From contig JBBQPO010000106.1 of NCBI GenBank assembly GCA_038217285.1, positions 1-18,643 on the forward strand: a stretch of 18,643 nucleotides of DNA, in the 5' to 3' direction. The DNA is from Chthonomonadales bacterium (GTDB lineage Bacteria > Armatimonadota > Chthonomonadetes > Chthonomonadales > Chthonomonadaceae). Positions 15,277 through 18,643 of the stretch are shown here, in pieces (positions within the stretch are counted from its first letter, which is position 1; every line of letters begins with the position of its first letter). The notes under the pieces were generated by a model. The model worked only from the letters and a program-made list of their open reading frames with translations. It did no database searches and was not told the origin of the DNA. A program made the position numbers and the translations under genes.

Positions 15277-16644
15277 CTATTTAAGGCGACCGTTCTTACC
15301 GCCTTTCGCAGGCGCGCGGCCCTTTCGAAAGCTCACGTCGAAGCGCGCCAACGCCAGTCCCGCAATGTCACGCTGGGGTCGATCAGTATTAAGGCCAAAT
15401 CTTCCGGTCTCGGCTGCGCCGCGGGGCTGTAGATCGAGCACCAGGGTTTTCGCCTGATAGGGATTGCTGCCGGACGCGAGAGTCAGCGAGACGAAATAAC
15501 GGCCATCGGCGCCCTTATAGGTCCCGGTGAAGTGCGTGGTCACCAGCGGTGAGAAGGTCCAGTCCGCCGTCGCGGATCCGTCTCGCTGCAGGTCGAGGTT
15601 GAAACCGGTGTCGGTCGGCACGAGATGGCCGGAATAGCCCTCGAGCAGGGCGGACCCCGGTGTCTCCTGCGCGTTCTTCTTCGGGCGCATCAAGCGCCTC
15701 CCTTTGGCAGGGGTCGTCGTGGGATCCATCATCGGGTCGGGTTTGGCAGCCACCGAGTCGTCCGTCGCGCCCTCCTGTATCCAGGTACGGAAGAGGCCGA
15801 TCTGATCGTCCGGTAATGGCGCGCTGCCTTTTGGCATGCGGGTTCGTTTGCCGGTCAGATAGTCTATCAGCAGGCTGGAATCCGGATTCCCCGGCAGGAC
15901 GAGAGCACCGTGATCACCGCCTTTTAAGAAATTCGCAAACGAGACGACGTTCAGGCCTCCAAGCGCGGAGCCGCCGTTATGGCAGGCACGACAACGCTGG
16001 CTCAGGATCGGGGCGATCTGCGTCTGAAAGCTCACGGTGTGCGGGCCGGAAGGAATGGTTCCCCCACGCGGCAGCGATCGGAACCCGGGATTCGGGCGGA
16101 CGGGCGGCGGCTTCGGCAGCGAATCGGCGAACGATACCGACTGTATCACCGTAGACAGTCCGATCGCCTCCCCGGCCTGGCTGGCCTTTTCCGGCACGAT
16201 GACGACGCTATGTTTCCCGATGATCGCAACCCAGACGGCCACCACCGGCGCATCTTCCCCTTTGCTCTTCTCCTGAAAACGAAATACCGCGCCCGCGCCG
16301 TGATCCACGACAGCCGTCTGTCCGCGCACCATCTCCGCCTTCGGCAACAGTTTGGAGGCGAGGCGTGTCACCTCCTCTTTAAGGCCGCTGTCGTAGGCGG
16401 GTGGGCCGGAAGGCAGCGCTTTCAGCACATCCTGCTGCACCAGGAACTTGTTGCCGTCCGGAGAGGTGAGATGAATCTTATCACCCTCCGCTTCGGCTTT
16501 CCAGCGCTTGGGATACTTGAAGCCAAAGTTGTTATCGCCGGAACTATAGGCATCCTGCGCACGGGCCGTGGCTCCTATCCCACAGAAGAACAGGAGAGCC
16601 ACGGCCCATCCGAATCGAAATTGCATCGTGTTCCTATGCCGCAT
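15277..16644 (-). CDS. Exported multidomain protein with a central planctomycete-type cytochrome c domain (monoheme)
   Basis: ATG 16644 with SD GAGG; signal peptide ending ATARA. The domain VSFQTQIAPILSQRCRACH...GGLNV...GGDHG...PGNPDSSLL...RMP...LP..QI..FRTWIQEGA matches the PSCyt1 pattern (CxxCH at 15979-15993, distal Met in RMP). Pro-rich linkers on both sides. Confidence 0.85.
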   Translation of the reverse strand: MRHRNTMQFRFGWAVALLFFCGIGATARAQDAYSSGDNNFGFKYPKRWKAEAEGDKIHLTSPDGNKFLVQQDVLKALPSGPPAYDSGLKEEVTRLASKLLPKAEMVRGQTAVVDHGAGAVFRFQEKSKGEDAPVVAVWVAIIGKHSVVIVPEKASQAGEAIGLSTVIQSVSFADSLPKPPPVRPNPGFRSLPRGGTIPSGPHTVSFQTQIAPILSQRCRACHNGGSALGGLNVVSFANFLKGGDHGALVLPGNPDSSLLIDYLTGKRTRMPKGSAPLPDDQIGLFRTWIQEGATDDSVAAKPDPMMDPTTTPAKGRRLMRPKKNAQETPGSALLEGYSGHLVPTDTGFNLDLQRDGSATADWTFSPLVTTHFTGTYKGADGRYFVSLTLASGSNPYQAKTLVLDLQPRGAAETGRFGLNTDRPQRDIAGLALARFDVSFRKGRAPAKGGKNGRLK

Positions 16645-16839
16645 TGCTATCGCCTCATCGCCTTCATAATTTTTTGACGCGCCTGTTGTCTTGCATGGAG
16701 AGCGGATCTTGACTCTTAGGACGCAAGCGCGGGTAGGATGTTCAACGCTTCCCCATATTGCGTTAGGCAGGAATCGTCCTGCAGGCCCGAATCCCAACTG
16801 CCCGCGCCTTTCGTGCGGACGCCGCCCCCACGAACGGCG

Positions 16840-16870
16840 ACAGGCCGGAACCCCCTGGGTTCCGGCCTGT
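16840..16870. terminator. Strong hairpin downstream of the CAP gene (terminator or mRNA-stabilising stem)
   Basis: ACAGGCCGGAACCC-cct-GGGTTCCGGCCTGT, perfect 14 bp inverted repeat. No clear U-tract on the minus (sense) strand. Confidence 0.55.
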
Positions 16871-16897
16871 TTCCGACCGACGCGTCGCGCATTGGCT

Positions 16898-17701
16898 TCA
16901 GTGGGAAGCGCGAACGGTCATTGCACTGGCGATCAGGGTGTTCTGGTGCGATGCTAACAGGCGTACACTGTCCTGACTGCGTCGGACCATGCCTCCACCG
17001 CGTACTTCGGCAAAGACGGTACGGTCGCCGTATCCGGTGTCGAGCGTCCAGTCACAGTGAGACCGATAGGATTCCCAATCGGACCAGTGGATATGATCGT
17101 TGCTGAAGCGCATCTGCTGTGCCCAGCCTTCTCCATATACATAGAGATTCACACTGGGGTCGTTCGTCTGGGTGATGCCATTATTGATGACGATGGGATA
17201 AGAATCGGCACGGGTGCCGAAGTCCTGGACCCAGTAGTGTTTAAAGTGCGTTTTGTTTCCGGTGAAATGCGCAACGCCGATTTCGCGAAAGCCAGGATTC
17301 AACAGATTGGCGCGGTGGCCGGGACTGTGCAGCCACGCGGCGACGACCTCTTCCGGGGTCAACTGGCCGCCGGCGATATTCTCGCCGATCTCCGCATAGT
17401 CGAGGTAGCCGCATTCCGGCAGGCGCGGGTCGATCTCGCGCCCCAGGTTGTCGGTGTGGCGCAGGTAGTTGTGCTGCACCATATCCCGCGCCATCCACTG
17501 TGCGGAACGGGTGAGTGCCGGATGCACCTGAAGGGGAGTCAGTCCGTGCTGTATGCGGATCTCATTGGTCAACTGAACGACGCGACGCATCGTCTGTTCT
17601 TCCGCAATGCGCAGGTGAACAGGCGATTCCGCGCAGGCATTCCGCCCGCACACAATCAGAGAGACGAACATAAGAAGCCCGGGGACGGCTCGACGAAACA
17701 T
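16898..17701 (-). CDS. Exported CAP/SCP-domain protein with a C-terminal beta-rich extension
   Basis: ATG 17701 after SD GGAGGAG; signal peptide; LTNEIR..HGL.PL, L..SAQ..A.DM, GENIAGGQ.TPEEVV.AWLHSPGHRANLLNP.FREIGV, YWVQDFG. Confidence 0.92.
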   Translation of the reverse strand: MFRRAVPGLLMFVSLIVCGRNACAESPVHLRIAEEQTMRRVVQLTNEIRIQHGLTPLQVHPALTRSAQWMARDMVQHNYLRHTDNLGREIDPRLPECGYLDYAEIGENIAGGQLTPEEVVAAWLHSPGHRANLLNPGFREIGVAHFTGNKTHFKHYWVQDFGTRADSYPIVINNGITQTNDPSVNLYVYGEGWAQQMRFSNDHIHWSDWESYRSHCDWTLDTGYGDRTVFAEVRGGGMVRRSQDSVRLLASHQNTLIASAMTVRASH

Positions 17702-18049
17702 GGTATGAAGCTCCTCCGTCGCGATCTCCAGTGCAAGGGAACACAGGGGAGAGCGCAACGCCACAGCGCCGAGCCAGTATATTGGTGGCATCGGACGCGC
17801 ACGGTGTGTCGAAATAGGGATTTTCGATAGGGAATTTCAGACCCGGTGTCGTCGTGAACGCCGGCTCTTCCGATGGAGCGTGGAAGAGGAGAGAGACGCC
17901 GTAGCAGGACGGCACATCTCCCTGTATATTAAACACTAGAAGCTACGGGAAAGTAAAGGGATCGTTCCCCTTCTTTCGAAAATATTTTCGTTCGGGGTGC
18001 TTTCCGGGTTGGAGCGCACTGGAACGCCACCGATTTGCCAGCATTTGTC

Positions 18050-18078
18050 TTGACACGGAGTTCCAACTATGCTATACT
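18050..18078 (+). promoter_or_regulatory. Sigma70 promoter of the tRNA-tuf operon
   Basis: TTGACA (18050-18055), 17 bp spacer, TATACT (18073-18078), with extended -10 TG at 18070-18071. Confidence 0.88.
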
Positions 18079-18171
18079 GTGTACGATCTACTCGGTGAGA
18101 GAAACCCTCTACCGAGTATAACTTTGTCTGCCATCGTAGCAGGCTGTTGGGTGGACAAAGTCGTTACGCGG

Positions 18172-18256
18172 GGGGAGATACCCGAGTGGCCAAAGGGGAC
18201 TGACTGTAAATCAGTTGCGGAACGCTTCAGAGGTTCGAATCCTCTTCTCCCCACCA
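18172..18256 (+). tRNA. tRNA-Tyr (GTA)
   Basis: Acceptor GGGGAGA/TCTCCCC + A + CCA; anticodon arm ACTGA-CTGTAAA-TCAGT (GTA at 18206-18208); long variable arm; T-loop TTCGAAT. Confidence 0.97.
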
Positions 18257-18326
18257 TCTGAACAGAACTTCCAGGACCGCGCGCCTTCGGGCAAAACGTG
18301 CCCGTAAAGAAGACTGTTCTTCACCC

Positions 18327-18398
18327 GCCCTCATAGCTCATTGGCAGAGCACTTCTTTGGTAAAGAAGAGGTACTGGGTCCGATTCCCAGTGGGGGCT
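18327..18398 (+). tRNA. tRNA-Thr (GGT), CCA not encoded
   Basis: Acceptor GCCCTCA/TGGGGGC; D-arm GCTC/GAGC; anticodon arm CTTCT-TTGGTAA-AGAAG (GGT at 18359-18361); T-arm CTGGG-TCCGATT-CCCAG. Confidence 0.93.
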
Positions 18399-18505
18399 GG
18401 AATATTCCAACGCGACTCCTCGCGAGAGACGCCGGATAACCGGCGGCGCAGGGGCCGCTTCGCCAGGGCGCGAAGCACTACGTTACGGAGGCTTATCGAA
18501 AGACT

Positions 18506-18643
18506 ATGGGCAAGGCAAAGTTCGAGCGTACCAAGCCGCACGTCAACATCGGCACCATCGGCCATGTCGATCACGGCAAAACCTCGCTGACCGCAGCGAT
18601 CACCCGCATGCTCTCCACACACAATGGCAGCAAAGCCATGAGC
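18506..18643 (+). CDS. tuf: Elongation factor Tu, 5' part; runs off the right edge
   Basis: [33 protein letters not shown]...; follows the Tyr and Thr tRNAs as in typical tuf operons; GGAGG at 18487-18491. Confidence 0.98.
   Translation, partial: MGKAKFERTKPHVNIGTIGHVDHGKTSLTAAITRMLSTHNGSKAMS

Noticed and set aside
18072-18622. Short ORFs over the tRNA/tuf region
   Set aside because: They overlap the tRNA genes, or tuf in other frames or strands.
1-18643. CRISPR array, intact transposase/integrase or prophage genes
   Set aside because: No regularly spaced repeats or recognisable mobile-element proteins seen.

Overview
GC-rich bacterial chromosomal window from a diderm organism with PEP-CTERM proteins. 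An Armatimonadota/Chthonomonas-like origin is my impression only and is not demonstrated. Left to right: the 5' part of a GH78 alpha-L-rhamnosidase (minus strand, absent from the ORF track); a decayed xisH fragment and a terminator; a Cyc2-like fused monoheme cytochrome/outer-membrane porin; a Sec-exported, PEP-CTERM-anchored tyrosinase behind a perfect sigma70 promoter; a SpoIIM-family membrane protein (probably leaderless); a large unknown protein with BshC-like motif order; PBP2 (mrdA); recN; rhamnulokinase; a palindrome-dense intergenic element; a Gfo/Idh/MocA oxidoreductase; a sensor histidine kinase pseudogene with a nonsense codon and an internal deletion; a small outer-membrane beta-barrel; a secreted planctomycete-type cytochrome c domain protein; a CAP-domain protein; and tRNA-Tyr, tRNA-Thr and the start of tuf. 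The best candidate for an undescribed system is the Cyc2-like cytochrome-porin next to the surface-anchored tyrosinase. All family calls come from motif recognition by eye; no database searches were run.
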